Below, piece by piece: positions 40,928 to 50,385 of a DNA stretch of 64,000 nt. The notes below the pieces were generated by a model. That model was not told where the DNA came from. It ran no database searches and worked only from the letters and a program-made list of their open reading frames with translations. The position numbers and the translations under genes were made by a program. The stretch's first letter is position 1. Every line of letters begins with the position of its first letter. Source of the DNA: an uncultured delta proteobacterium (GTDB lineage: Bacteria; Desulfobacterota; Desulfobacteria; Desulfobacterales; UBA2156). The stretch spans positions 32,001 through 96,000 of the forward strand of contig CAVTQK010000020.1 in the NCBI GenBank assembly GCA_963736855.1, given 5' to 3'.

Positions 40928-41956
40928 TTACTCCTTTTCCTCTGAAGACCCGGGCGCAGGTTTCTTTTCAACGGGAAGCCCGGCATTGATCATCTTTTCC
41001 CTGAATTCTTCTTCGTACTCGTCGTAGGTGTGTATCTTGACCGGATAATTCCACGGGTTCACGTGGTGGACTTCACGGTTGTTGTTGGCCAGATTTCGCG
41101 TGGGGCTCATGAAGATCCCACCCAGATGCATCAGTTTGCTGAAGGGGAAATAGGCCAGCAGCACACAAACAAAAAAGAGGTGGCCGTAAAAGATCCCGTC
41201 CACAGTCTTAGGGATGACGGGTTTGAAGGTGACCAGTCCCATCGTCAACTCTTTGACACCCACGATATCGGTTTTGGTGATATATCTCATGAAAATCCCG
41301 GAGATGGCGATTCCCATGATCAGGAACAGTGGGAAGTAATCGGCTGCCAGGGAGATATATCTGACCTGGGAAATGAAAAGGCGGCGCAGAAAAAGGTAGA
41401 TAACCCCTGCTAAAAGCGCGAAACCGGATAGCAGGACACCCGGAAGGCCCAGCTGGAGGAAGCCGTCCAGGGCTTCCAGCCACTTGAGGGGTAACGGCAC
41501 CGGCTCGAGAAAGAATCGAAAATGCCGGATGATCACGGTTAAAAAGGAATAGTGAAATACGATGGCCCCCAGCCAAAGCCATTTTTCCCACTCATAGGAG
41601 AGTCGTTCCCCTTCCAGCAGCCGGGTCTTGGTATTTCGGAAAAGGGATCGAAAGAAAAGGATTTCCAATGCCATTCGAATAATCACCCCGCTTGTGGTGG
41701 ACGGGTTCTCGATGCATGCGGGTTTAATCCACGGAAGGCTTTTCTGTTGTCCGCAGGTGGATGGAATACGGAACGGGACCGGAGATCGGGTCCAGTTCAG
41801 CATGCGGTAGATGAATCCCGCCAAAAAAATGAGAAGGGCCAGGTACGGGACCACCACTCCGAAAAACGCCTGAAGCCCCACTGCCTCCGTGCCGAAATAA
41901 GCGATTAGAAAAAGGACAACGACTGTGATGAGGGAAGCAATGTAATTTAAATTCAT
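40928..41956 (-). CDS. dsrM: DsrM, NarI-like cytochrome b
   Basis: PFRIPSTCGQQ, FFRSLFRNT, YFPFSKLMH, PTRN. Confidence 0.95.
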   Translation of the reverse strand: MNLNYIASLITVVVLFLIAYFGTEAVGLQAFFGVVVPYLALLIFLAGFIYRMLNWTRSPVPFRIPSTCGQQKSLPWIKPACIENPSTTSGVIIRMALEILFFRSLFRNTKTRLLEGERLSYEWEKWLWLGAIVFHYSFLTVIIRHFRFFLEPVPLPLKWLEALDGFLQLGLPGVLLSGFALLAGVIYLFLRRLFISQVRYISLAADYFPLFLIMGIAISGIFMRYITKTDIVGVKELTMGLVTFKPVIPKTVDGIFYGHLFFVCVLLAYFPFSKLMHLGGIFMSPTRNLANNNREVHHVNPWNYPVKIHTYDEYEEEFREKMINAGLPVEKKPAPGSSEEKE

Positions 41957-42013
41957 TTACCGTTACCTCGCTTTCAGCCCCTTCCCGGTTCCCGATAAGG
42001 GATACCTTTCGGT

Positions 42014-42559
42014 TTAATGATAATTTTCTGGCTCAGTCTTATCTTGGGTAATTTCATGAACCAATCCCGCTCGCTTAAACGCCCTGAATGTCCGCTCCCG
42101 TATGTCGTCGGTCTTGAGCTGGTAAATCTTTTCCCGGCATTGCATATAATTATTGAAAGCGATCAGGCCGAATACGTCAATCCTCTCCTCAAGCTTTGCA
42201 AACGCATCTTGTAAAGCCGGGCTCTGAAGGGTGTCTCCTAAATCCTGTCTTAGAATTTTTTTAAAATCAAACATGAAACCGATCGCCTGGGAGGGCACAA
42301 AATTCTGAACGGCACGGATGCGGATCATGGGGTCCAGGCATGTGCCGATCTGAAGGGGATCGTTTTCTCCCGCATCCATGAGCCGATCAAAAAGCTCGTC
42401 TAACCCCTTCCTGAAGGTGTTGCCGACCGGGTTCGTGAAGGGATCACTACTGCCTGCGAAAAATCTGGAGCCATCGGCCGAATAGGTCTCGATGACGGAA
42501 TGAAACCATTTTTGAACCAGGTCTTTTTTTCGTTTCCGGAGCAACCGATCCAATTCCAT
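42014..42559 (-). CDS. dsrT: DsrT (RsbRD N-terminal-like domain protein)
   Basis: DPFTNPVG, IRIRAVQNFVPSQA, YMQCREKIY; directly upstream of dsrM as in other sulfate reducers. Confidence 0.85.
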   Translation of the reverse strand: MELDRLLRKRKKDLVQKWFHSVIETYSADGSRFFAGSSDPFTNPVGNTFRKGLDELFDRLMDAGENDPLQIGTCLDPMIRIRAVQNFVPSQAIGFMFDFKKILRQDLGDTLQSPALQDAFAKLEERIDVFGLIAFNNYMQCREKIYQLKTDDIRERTFRAFKRAGLVHEITQDKTEPENYH

Positions 42560-42661
42560 GATCAGGTGTGACCTTCGAAATTTTGCGCGCTCATTTGGCC
42601 CAACTCAGGAAAGAGCATCTTTTTTCACTTCTTCTTTCCGATAAAAAGAGGTGTAAGGTGC

Positions 42662-42692
42662 TGTCTATAGACAACACGTCTTATCGTGTCAA
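42662..42692 (-). promoter_or_regulatory. Sigma70 promoter for dsrT-MKJOP with a palindrome over the -10
   Basis: Minus strand TTGACA-17 bp-TATAGA; perfect palindrome TGTCTATAGACA at 42662-42673. Confidence 0.6.
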
Positions 42693-42949
42693 GAAAAAAT
42701 GGAGATCGAAAGGGGTTTTCAAAGGTGGCTAAAAAAGATCCCAACATCAAGACATCTTATGATAATTGGCATTACAAGAAGGTAGTTGCAGCTAACTTCT
42801 GACAAGGCGGGTCACCTTTCGGACGGATCGATTCCAGGCGCAGACTCTTAAAGGATAAACGGCCCCTGGAAACCATGGCGTTATAGGGGAATGCCGACTC
42901 TACGATATCCCGCAATCGGCGTAGGATCCGTATCCGAAAAAAACATCAT

Positions 42950-45289
42950 TTAATCCGCGTATGCACCGTGGCGATTTTGATCCAGAACAGAGCGGATTTG
43001 CTGTAGTATGTCCTTGAGTTGGAACGGTTTGCCGATGAAGCCGGCTGCCCCGGCGTTGAGGATGGCTCTCAGCCGGTCATTTAAGGCAAATCCGCTGGCG
43101 ATGAGAACTCTTACACGGGGATTGATTTTGAGCAGTTCCCGAAGACACCGACCGCCGTCGATCCCGGGCATATTATAGTCCAGGATGACCAAATCGATTA
43201 GATTTTTATGGGTTTTATACAATTCAATGGCCTCTTCCCCGCCAACAGCCTTGAGAACTTTATATCCATACTGCCTTAGGACTTCGTTGCCGATATCCAG
43301 AATAATAGGTTCATCATCCACCAGAAGAATGGTTTCCGATCCGCGAAAAACCAGTTCGGATTCCCGGATCTCTTCAACAACGTCCGGTTGTGCAGGAGAT
43401 TCGGGAACCGGGAAATATATTTTAAATTGGGTGCCCTGGTTCACCCGGCTGTAACAGCTGATATGAGCCCCGTGGTTCTTCACAATGCCATAAACCATGG
43501 CAAGTCCCAAACCCGTTCCTTTGCCTTTTGCTTTGGTGGTAAAAAAGGGTTCGAAAATATGTTCCTGCACCTCTTTCGGCATGCCGCACCCTGTGTCCGA
43601 GACGGAGAGAAGCACATATCTGCCTGGCCTCATTTCCGGAAGGTGCCATGGGGTGCCTGTTTCCACCACGAAGTTCTGGGTGGAAAAAACCAGCTTCCCA
43701 CTATCCGGCATGGCATCTCCGGCGTTGATACTGAGGTTGATGAGGATCTGCTCTATCTGGATCGAATCGGCATGAATCCGGTGAATATTATCGTTTAGAT
43801 AGAGTTCAATTTTTATCGTTTTCGACAGGGTTCGCTCCAGAAGCCGGGCCGTGTTCCTGATTTCATGATTGAGGTCCACAGGGCCCAGCGTGCTCTCCAC
43901 TTTCCTGCTGAAAATCATGAGATGCCGGATGAGGCTACCGGCGCGACTGACTGAACGTTCGATACTTTCCAGGTATTTTCGGCTGGTGTCGTCTTGGTTG
44001 TTTTTCATTAAAAGCAGCTGGGTATATCCGGAGATCCCTTGAAGTGCATTGTTGAAATCGTGGGCGATCCCGCCCGCCAGTGTCCCGATAGCCTCCATTT
44101 TTTGAGAATGGCGGAGCTGTTCTTCCAGCTTCTTCCTCTCTTCCTCGGCCCTTACACGTTCGGTTATATTCCGAACCACACCGCGAAAGCCCACCGGCTT
44201 TCCCTCTTCGTTTTTCATCAATGATGCGGACAGTTCCAAGACAGCCTTTTCCCCGTTGATCCGGATGACCTCATAATTCTCCAAGCGGGCCGGCTGTTGG
44301 GTTTGGCAGATAGTATTGAAAAGCTGATTGATTTTCCGGCTTGTTTCAGGGGTTGTGTATTGCTTGCTGTTCATCCCAAGGAGGTCGTCTCGACCGTATC
44401 CGGTGATCCGACACAGGGATTCATTCGTAAAAGTCAGGTTCCCTGCAAGATCCACCTCAAAATAGCCTTCTTCGATGCTGTTCAAAATGGCTCGATATCT
44501 TTCCTCGCGTTTGCTCAGCGCCTGAAGCGTCATTTCGTTTTCGATGGTTTTTTTCTTAAGTTCGACACAGGTATCATCGAGAAGACGCCTCTCCTGTTGA
44601 ATATATGCCTGGTAATCCTTGACTATGGATTTGAGCTGAGCCGTTTCCATGGCCTGCCCGATTCGACTGGCCAGAATGGACACCATGTTCACGTCATGGC
44701 ACGTGAAAGGGTTGTCGTTTTCTTTTTTTGCTAAATTTAAAACTCCCACAACGGCTTTTTTGTCAAAAATGGGAATGATCGCAAAAGAAGGGGATCCGTA
44801 TCTTGGATTATTGGCTTTCTTAATACGAGGATCGGTTTCGATGTTCTTCACCACCAGCGGCTTTTTGTCGGATATTACACGCTGAATGATGGATTGTTCC
44901 AAATCGATATAAAAAGGGGTTTTGGATTCTGTTTGAAAACCATGATATGCCACTACCTGGAGGCGATTTTCCTTCTTTCCGGCAAGGCACAATGATCCGA
45001 TTTGTGCGCCGGTGAGTTTTATGGCTTTTTCTAAAACAAAATCAACCAGTTGCTGAATAGTCAAATTTTTGTTGAGGGTTTCGAGAAATGCGTTGATTTC
45101 GTTTATTTCGAAAACCTTCCGGTCCAGCTCGGCTGCTAATTTTTTGAGCTTTTCCTGAATTTGCTTTTCGGAAAGGGCCATGTCCCTGATTTTGGCATCT
45201 TTTTCTTCCTCCCCCATCCATTGCTTTTCCATGGACTCCCGGGTTCGGATTTGGGAGGCGGAGGAGACGAAATTATCTTTGTTTTCCAA
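42950..45289 (-). CDS. Soluble hybrid histidine kinase (coiled coil-GAF-PAS-HisKA-HATPase-REC)
   Basis: [12 protein letters not shown]-box, GTGLGL, C-terminal REC (LLVDDE, LDYNMP); no TM; TTG start after AGGAGGAG. Confidence 0.9.
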   Translation of the reverse strand: MENKDNFVSSASQIRTRESMEKQWMGEEEKDAKIRDMALSEKQIQEKLKKLAAELDRKVFEINEINAFLETLNKNLTIQQLVDFVLEKAIKLTGAQIGSLCLAGKKENRLQVVAYHGFQTESKTPFYIDLEQSIIQRVISDKKPLVVKNIETDPRIKKANNPRYGSPSFAIIPIFDKKAVVGVLNLAKKENDNPFTCHDVNMVSILASRIGQAMETAQLKSIVKDYQAYIQQERRLLDDTCVELKKKTIENEMTLQALSKREERYRAILNSIEEGYFEVDLAGNLTFTNESLCRITGYGRDDLLGMNSKQYTTPETSRKINQLFNTICQTQQPARLENYEVIRINGEKAVLELSASLMKNEEGKPVGFRGVVRNITERVRAEEERKKLEEQLRHSQKMEAIGTLAGGIAHDFNNALQGISGYTQLLLMKNNQDDTSRKYLESIERSVSRAGSLIRHLMIFSRKVESTLGPVDLNHEIRNTARLLERTLSKTIKIELYLNDNIHRIHADSIQIEQILINLSINAGDAMPDSGKLVFSTQNFVVETGTPWHLPEMRPGRYVLLSVSDTGCGMPKEVQEHIFEPFFTTKAKGKGTGLGLAMVYGIVKNHGAHISCYSRVNQGTQFKIYFPVPESPAQPDVVEEIRESELVFRGSETILLVDDEPIILDIGNEVLRQYGYKVLKAVGGEEAIELYKTHKNLIDLVILDYNMPGIDGGRCLRELLKINPRVRVLIASGFALNDRLRAILNAGAAGFIGKPFQLKDILQQIRSVLDQNRHGAYAD

Positions 45290-45381
45290 AAGGCCTATCT
45301 CCTCCTTTTACCAGAGGCGAAAGCGGTCCCGCAATTATGTCGCAGATGCGGGGAGACGCTTCAGGCAATATGTGATTAACG

Positions 45382-45396
45382 GCAAATCTCATGCCA
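45382..45396 (-). promoter_or_regulatory. Sigma54 -24/-12 promoter of the hybrid kinase
   Basis: Minus strand TGGCATG-AGAT-TTGC, about 90 bp upstream of the start. Confidence 0.75.
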
Positions 45397-45467
45397 TGCA
45401 TAATCCATTGAAATTCAATCCAATAATGCTAACTCCAGCCATCATGTGCCCCAATGTGGTAAAAAGA

Positions 45468-45485
45468 TGCCTGATTTTTTGTGCA
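45468..45485 (-). promoter_or_regulatory. Putative enhancer (bEBP binding site)
   Basis: Minus strand TGCACAAAAAATCAGGCA, nearly identical to the site at 47085-47102. Confidence 0.6.
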
Positions 45486-45533
45486 TGGAAAAAGGGCACT
45501 CAATAAGAATGAAGGCAATTTGGAAAGTAATGC

Positions 45534-46889
45534 TCATTGTGATTGCTCTTTGGCATGGGTCTTGGCCAGCAGCGTGTTGCGATGAATGCCGAGTTTTTCG
45601 GCTGCCTTGGTTTTATTTCCCCCCACGTCTTCCAGGACTTCGGCAATGTAATGCTTTTCAAAGGCATTGATGGCGTCTTTGAGCGGAAGATCCTTGATCC
45701 CTGTTTTTAGGGAACCTGTAAGGGGTGGCAAAGCCTTGGCATGAATTAACGGATCTTTGGTGATGGTCACCAGGCGCTCCACCAAGTTCTGAAGTTCTCT
45801 GACGTTCCCGGGCCAGTCATAATTCATCAGGGTTTTAACCGCTTCTCCGGAAAATCGTATTTTTGCTTTTCCGGTTTGTTTGGCATAAAGATCGACGAAA
45901 TGCTCCAGCAGCAGGGGAATGTCCGATTTCCGATCTCTCAAGGGGGGGATCTTAACAGGGAATACATTGATCCGATAAAACAGGTCGTCGCGAAACTCAC
46001 CGTTTTCGACCAACTCCGCAAGGTTTTTATTGGAGGCTGCGATGAACCGCACGTCCACCTTAATCACCTTGTTACTCCCCAGGCGTTCAAACTCCCGCTC
46101 CTGGATGATCCTGAGAAGTTTGGCCTGCATCTTCAGGTCAAGGGAGTCGATATCGTCTAAAAATGCGGTTCCTTTGTTGGCCATCTCGAGCTTTCCGATG
46201 CGTGTGGAGAGCGCGCCGGTAAATGCTCCTTTATTGTATCCGAAGACCTCGCTCTCCATGAGAGTAAGGGGAATGGCAGCACAATTGACGACTACAAAGG
46301 GATCTCCTTTCCGGTGGCTTCGATTGTGCAACGCCCTGGCAACCAGTTCCTTTCCGGTTCCGCTTTCCCCCTGAATCAAGACCGTGCCGTCGCTTTGGGA
46401 GATCGTAGAAATAAAGTCGAATACCTTTTTCATTTTTGGGTCTTCGCCCACCATCATCTCAAAGGGACGGACCCGTTCAAGTTCGGTTTTCAGGTAAGCG
46501 ATCTCCTGGGTCATGGAGCGTTTTTCCAGGGCTCTCTGAATGACGGCCAAGATATCGTCCACGGTGAACGGCTTCATGATGTATTCATAAGCACCCAGCT
46601 TGATGGCCTTGACGGCAATGGGAACTTCCTTCACCGCGGTGACCATGATCATCTCGACGGTCGGATCGATCTCTTTGAATTTCTCTAAAAGATCGAGTCC
46701 TCCCATATCCGGCAGCAGGATATCGAGAAGGACCAGGTCAACAGCGTGAGATTTGAAACAATCCAAGGCTTCGGATCCTGAAGAGGCAATGAGGATATGG
46801 TAATCCTCTTTTAAAATCATGTTGAAGGATTGGCGAATGCCGGCTTCGTCATCGACCACCAGGATCGTTGCTTTTTTCGTTAAATTCAT
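45534..46889 (-). CDS. Sigma54-dependent response regulator (NtrC family; REC-AAA+-Fis HTH)
   Basis: GESGTGKE, intact GAFTGA, WPGNVRELQN, NKTKAAEKLGIHRNTL. Confidence 0.93.
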   Translation of the reverse strand: MNLTKKATILVVDDEAGIRQSFNMILKEDYHILIASSGSEALDCFKSHAVDLVLLDILLPDMGGLDLLEKFKEIDPTVEMIMVTAVKEVPIAVKAIKLGAYEYIMKPFTVDDILAVIQRALEKRSMTQEIAYLKTELERVRPFEMMVGEDPKMKKVFDFISTISQSDGTVLIQGESGTGKELVARALHNRSHRKGDPFVVVNCAAIPLTLMESEVFGYNKGAFTGALSTRIGKLEMANKGTAFLDDIDSLDLKMQAKLLRIIQEREFERLGSNKVIKVDVRFIAASNKNLAELVENGEFRDDLFYRINVFPVKIPPLRDRKSDIPLLLEHFVDLYAKQTGKAKIRFSGEAVKTLMNYDWPGNVRELQNLVERLVTITKDPLIHAKALPPLTGSLKTGIKDLPLKDAINAFEKHYIAEVLEDVGGNKTKAAEKLGIHRNTLLAKTHAKEQSQ

Positions 46890-47062
46890 GAGACTCCTGA
46901 ACTTACAGGCGAACCGGCCTGGAAAAGAATCTGAGGTCCGTGGATGAATTTTTGTATATCATAATTTTCAGAAAATGTTATCCTTTTTTTATTATTTCCA
47001 TATCATGTCGTTACAGGCCAAGTGCTTTTTCAGAATCCTTTCAAACCAAATAAACCCACAAA

Positions 47063-47102
47063 TGCACAGATTTCTGGGCAACATTGCACAAAAATCAGGG
47101 CG
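47063..47102 (+). promoter_or_regulatory. Tandem putative enhancer sites
   Basis: TGCACAGATTTCTGGGCA (near-palindrome) and TGCACAAAAATCAGGGCG, 22 bp apart, about 160-200 bp upstream of a sigma54-like promoter. Confidence 0.6.
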
Positions 47103-47263
47103 GCTTTCTGTCTCTATAAAATCCTTTTGAACGCTTTTTCTTTATGCTATGTTATTAAAGTCTTTCCTCGCTTCTAACTGCTTGCTGGGCAGGGTTTTTT
47201 TAAATCACAGGGAAACGAAACTTTTTTTTTAAAGATAAAAAAAAGATCTGTTTTTTGAAAAGA

Positions 47264-47278
47264 TGGCACGAATATTGA
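47264..47278 (+). promoter_or_regulatory. Sigma54-like promoter of the acyltransferase operon
   Basis: TGGCACG-AATA-TTGA (perfect -24, -12 with C>A), preceded by A/T tracts. Confidence 0.6.
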
Positions 47279-47340
47279 GAAGCTATTTTTGATTATCAAA
47301 ATTTTTTAGTCAATATTGGACAGGCGATAACAAAAACGTC

Positions 47341-48312
47341 ATGCAGCTCAGTACATTCCTGCAATCCAAAACCAATCTTTTTATATGCCGAACACTGGGA
47401 TGGCGCTTCAGCTACGGTTATATTGCCTTTTTAGGTAAACTTTACTTTTTTTTCAGACGAAAAGAAAGAAAAACCATCAAACATGCGATTCGCGCAGTCT
47501 TTTTAGGTCAAAAGAGCAAAGCCGAGATCCGGAAAACCACCCGGGCAGTCTTTCGTGGCATCATCTCCCATTATTTTGAAAAGTTGTTTAATGCGTACTC
47601 ATCTGCGGAATTGTTAAGGGCCTTTTTAGAAAGCCACATCCAATGTGACAACATCAAAATCATGAAGGAATCGCTTTCTGAGGGAAAAGGCGCGCTTTTG
47701 ATCACCGGGCATTTCGGGGGCGTGGAATTTATCCCCGGCTACCTCGGTGTCAACCAGATCCCCGTTTCCATAATCGCCAAATTCAAGACCGACCACCTTC
47801 GGCAGACGCTGTTCGATAAGTGCTCCGCCTTTTCCACCCGCATCATCGATCCCAACCTGACTCCCAATGTGATCAAGGAAATCTGTTCGAACTTAAAGGA
47901 AAACCGAATCGTCGTCACTCAGTGTGACGAGATCGAAGAGTGGCGCCCCTCAAAGCAAGATAATATCTTTTTTCTTGGAAAGCTCGTTTGGCTGGATAAG
48001 ACCATGAATATATTGACAAAGCGGACTCAAGCCGCCATCTTGTTCGGACTGATGCACCGATCCAAGAACAGCGGATATGAATTCATCGTCACCTCCATAG
48101 ATGAGATGGCAAAACAGCTCAAACAGCACGCCGAAGCATCGTTAGGAGAAATTCTTTTAAAAGGCCTGGAAAGTTTTATTTATCAGTATCCGGAAGACTG
48201 GTACGAGTGGAAAAAATACTTCCGCTTGGAAACCATTCCTTCCGAACAGACTCCTCAAGAACCTCTCGTGCCGGAACCGCTGTATGGTGCCACCGTGCTG
48301 AAGCCGACATGA
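47341..48312 (+). CDS. LpxL/HtrB-like (lysophospholipid acyltransferase superfamily) acyltransferase
   Basis: GKGALLITGHFGGVE (H-x4-E), LKENRIVVTQCD, IYQYPEDWYEW. Confidence 0.8.
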   Translation: MQLSTFLQSKTNLFICRTLGWRFSYGYIAFLGKLYFFFRRKERKTIKHAIRAVFLGQKSKAEIRKTTRAVFRGIISHYFEKLFNAYSSAELLRAFLESHIQCDNIKIMKESLSEGKGALLITGHFGGVEFIPGYLGVNQIPVSIIAKFKTDHLRQTLFDKCSAFSTRIIDPNLTPNVIKEICSNLKENRIVVTQCDEIEEWRPSKQDNIFFLGKLVWLDKTMNILTKRTQAAILFGLMHRSKNSGYEFIVTSIDEMAKQLKQHAEASLGEILLKGLESFIYQYPEDWYEWKKYFRLETIPSEQTPQEPLVPEPLYGATVLKPT

Positions 48313-48366
48313 AAAACGATCCTTTCACCACACCCCTGATAATCACCTTCAGTCGAACCCGTTGAT

Positions 48367-50376
48367 ATGGAAAAAGAGGTCAATTGCACCAACTCGGGCG
48401 TTGTCGTCAGTTACATTAAAACACACGCCAAAAATCGTCTTCCGGAACTTCTTGAGGACCTGCACCCGGAAATTGACACCCTTCCCGATCCTGAAGCATT
48501 TCTCAGCGATCCCAACAATTGGATATCAAGCGACATTATTATAAAACTTTACGAGCGGCTAAAATAATACTTAATGATGACTTGGCGCCCTTCTATATCG
48601 CCAAATTTGCTATTGAAAAAACAAATCTCGGATTTAAAGGCATTATTGTTAAGATCTTCAGTTCGTTTGACATGGCTTTAAAAAATGCCCAGCGAATCAA
48701 TGCCAAATGGAATAGAACAAAAGTGGTGGATTTGGTTAAAAAAGATCAATTCTTCGGCGATTATTCGACTGCATTGGCATCCTGAAACTTCGGTTAATAA
48801 AGATGTTTGCCTGTATAATAAAGGGATTTACACTTTCATGCCTACCCTCTGGGGACAGGGACCTCTTCAACTGACAGAGGATGCATGCTACTTTGAAGGA
48901 GCTCCATATTGTGAATACAACCTGCAATGGGCGGAGCGGAAAAAGCTTCTTAGTTTCGTAGGAGATTTCTTTCGATCCAAGTCCGTCCTCTTGGAAACCA
49001 TTAAGGAAATCGAAAAAGACAAAGATATTATCGAACAGAAATACGAAGAAGTCAATCGTCTCAATATCGTATTGAACCGCAAGATCAAACAGCTCACCGC
49101 CATCCAGGAGACCGGGAAGGCCATCTTTCCATACTGGATTTGGAGCAACTGCTCACGGTGATCATGAATCTTTTAGCCACCGTTTGCCGGATTCGGCGGG
49201 CCACCATCATGCTGATCAACGAGGAAGAGAAGTGCCTCGAATATATCTATGGCACGGGATTCGGCGAAGAAGTTCCTGATGAAATAAAAAATTATCGAGT
49301 CCCCATGAACCGGCTCAGCAACATCCTGGCACGAGTGGCCAGTACCGGACAGTCCGAATATATCCCGGAAGTCAAGGGCTCCAGCCTCCGGAAGGGAAAC
49401 GTTCTTTTAGCGCGGGCGAACCCGACTTCGGTATATGTAGTGCCGCTGATTACCCGATCCAAGGTGATCGGGATCATCGCCACCGATGCTGTGGAAGATC
49501 ACGGGATCCCCGAAGAAACCCGTCAGACCCTGGATGTATTTACGCCGCAGATTGCCATCGCCATTCAAAACGCGCGGTTATATCAGAACCTTCAACAGCG
49601 GATGAAGGAGCTGAACCAATCCCGGGCCCTTTTGAGTCGGACGGAAAAACTCTCTTTTTTAGGAAACGTGGCGGCAAGACTTGCCCACGAAATCAAGAAT
49701 CCCCTCACCGCCATCGGTACTTTTATCCAGATGCTCCCGAAAAAGTTCGACGATTCCGAATTTCGAAACGAATTTTATCATATTGCCCTGGAGGAAACCA
49801 ACCGCGTAAACAACCTGATCACCGAATTGCTGGATCTCACAAAGACTAAGGAATCCCATTTCGAGTTGGAAAGCCTTCACTTGCTCATCGAAAAAATGGT
49901 GATGCTGGTCACTCCCCAGAGCAAAGGGAAAAGGCATCGACTTTTTCATATCTTTGGACCCGTCGATTGAAAAAATTTGGATGGATGCCGAAAAAATGAA
50001 GCAGGTCATCCTGAACCTGCTTTCCAATGCCATTGAATTTACTCCGGAAAAGGGGAAAATCAATATTGAGACCCGGCGACGTCAGTTAAAAGGGAAACCG
50101 GAGGCGATCCAGATTAAAATCCGGGATACCGGCATCGGTATCCCCAAATCGAACATGGACCTGATCTTCGACCCCTATTTTACCACCAAACATAAGAGCT
50201 CCATGCACAATGGTACCGGCCTGGGCCTTTTTATCGCGCACCAGAACATGCAGGACCACAGCGGCAACATCGAAGTGGAAAGCATCATCAACAAAGGGAC
50301 TACGTTCACGCTGACCCTTCCCGCGATAACCGAAGAACAATCCACTTTTTCCAAAACCTATGAAAAGGACATCTGA
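48367..50376 (+). pseudogene. Soluble sensor histidine kinase (V4R/H-NOX-like N-terminus, coiled coil, GAF, HisKA, HATPase) broken by four 1-bp indels (pseudogene or assembly error)
   Basis: Five overlapping ORF fragments join in order; E..CYFEGAPYCEY V4R-like motif, LAHEIKNPL, NLLSNA, GTGLGL; shifts near 48557, 48740, 49125 and 49930. Confidence 0.75.
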
Positions 50377-50385
50377 AAGTTCTCG

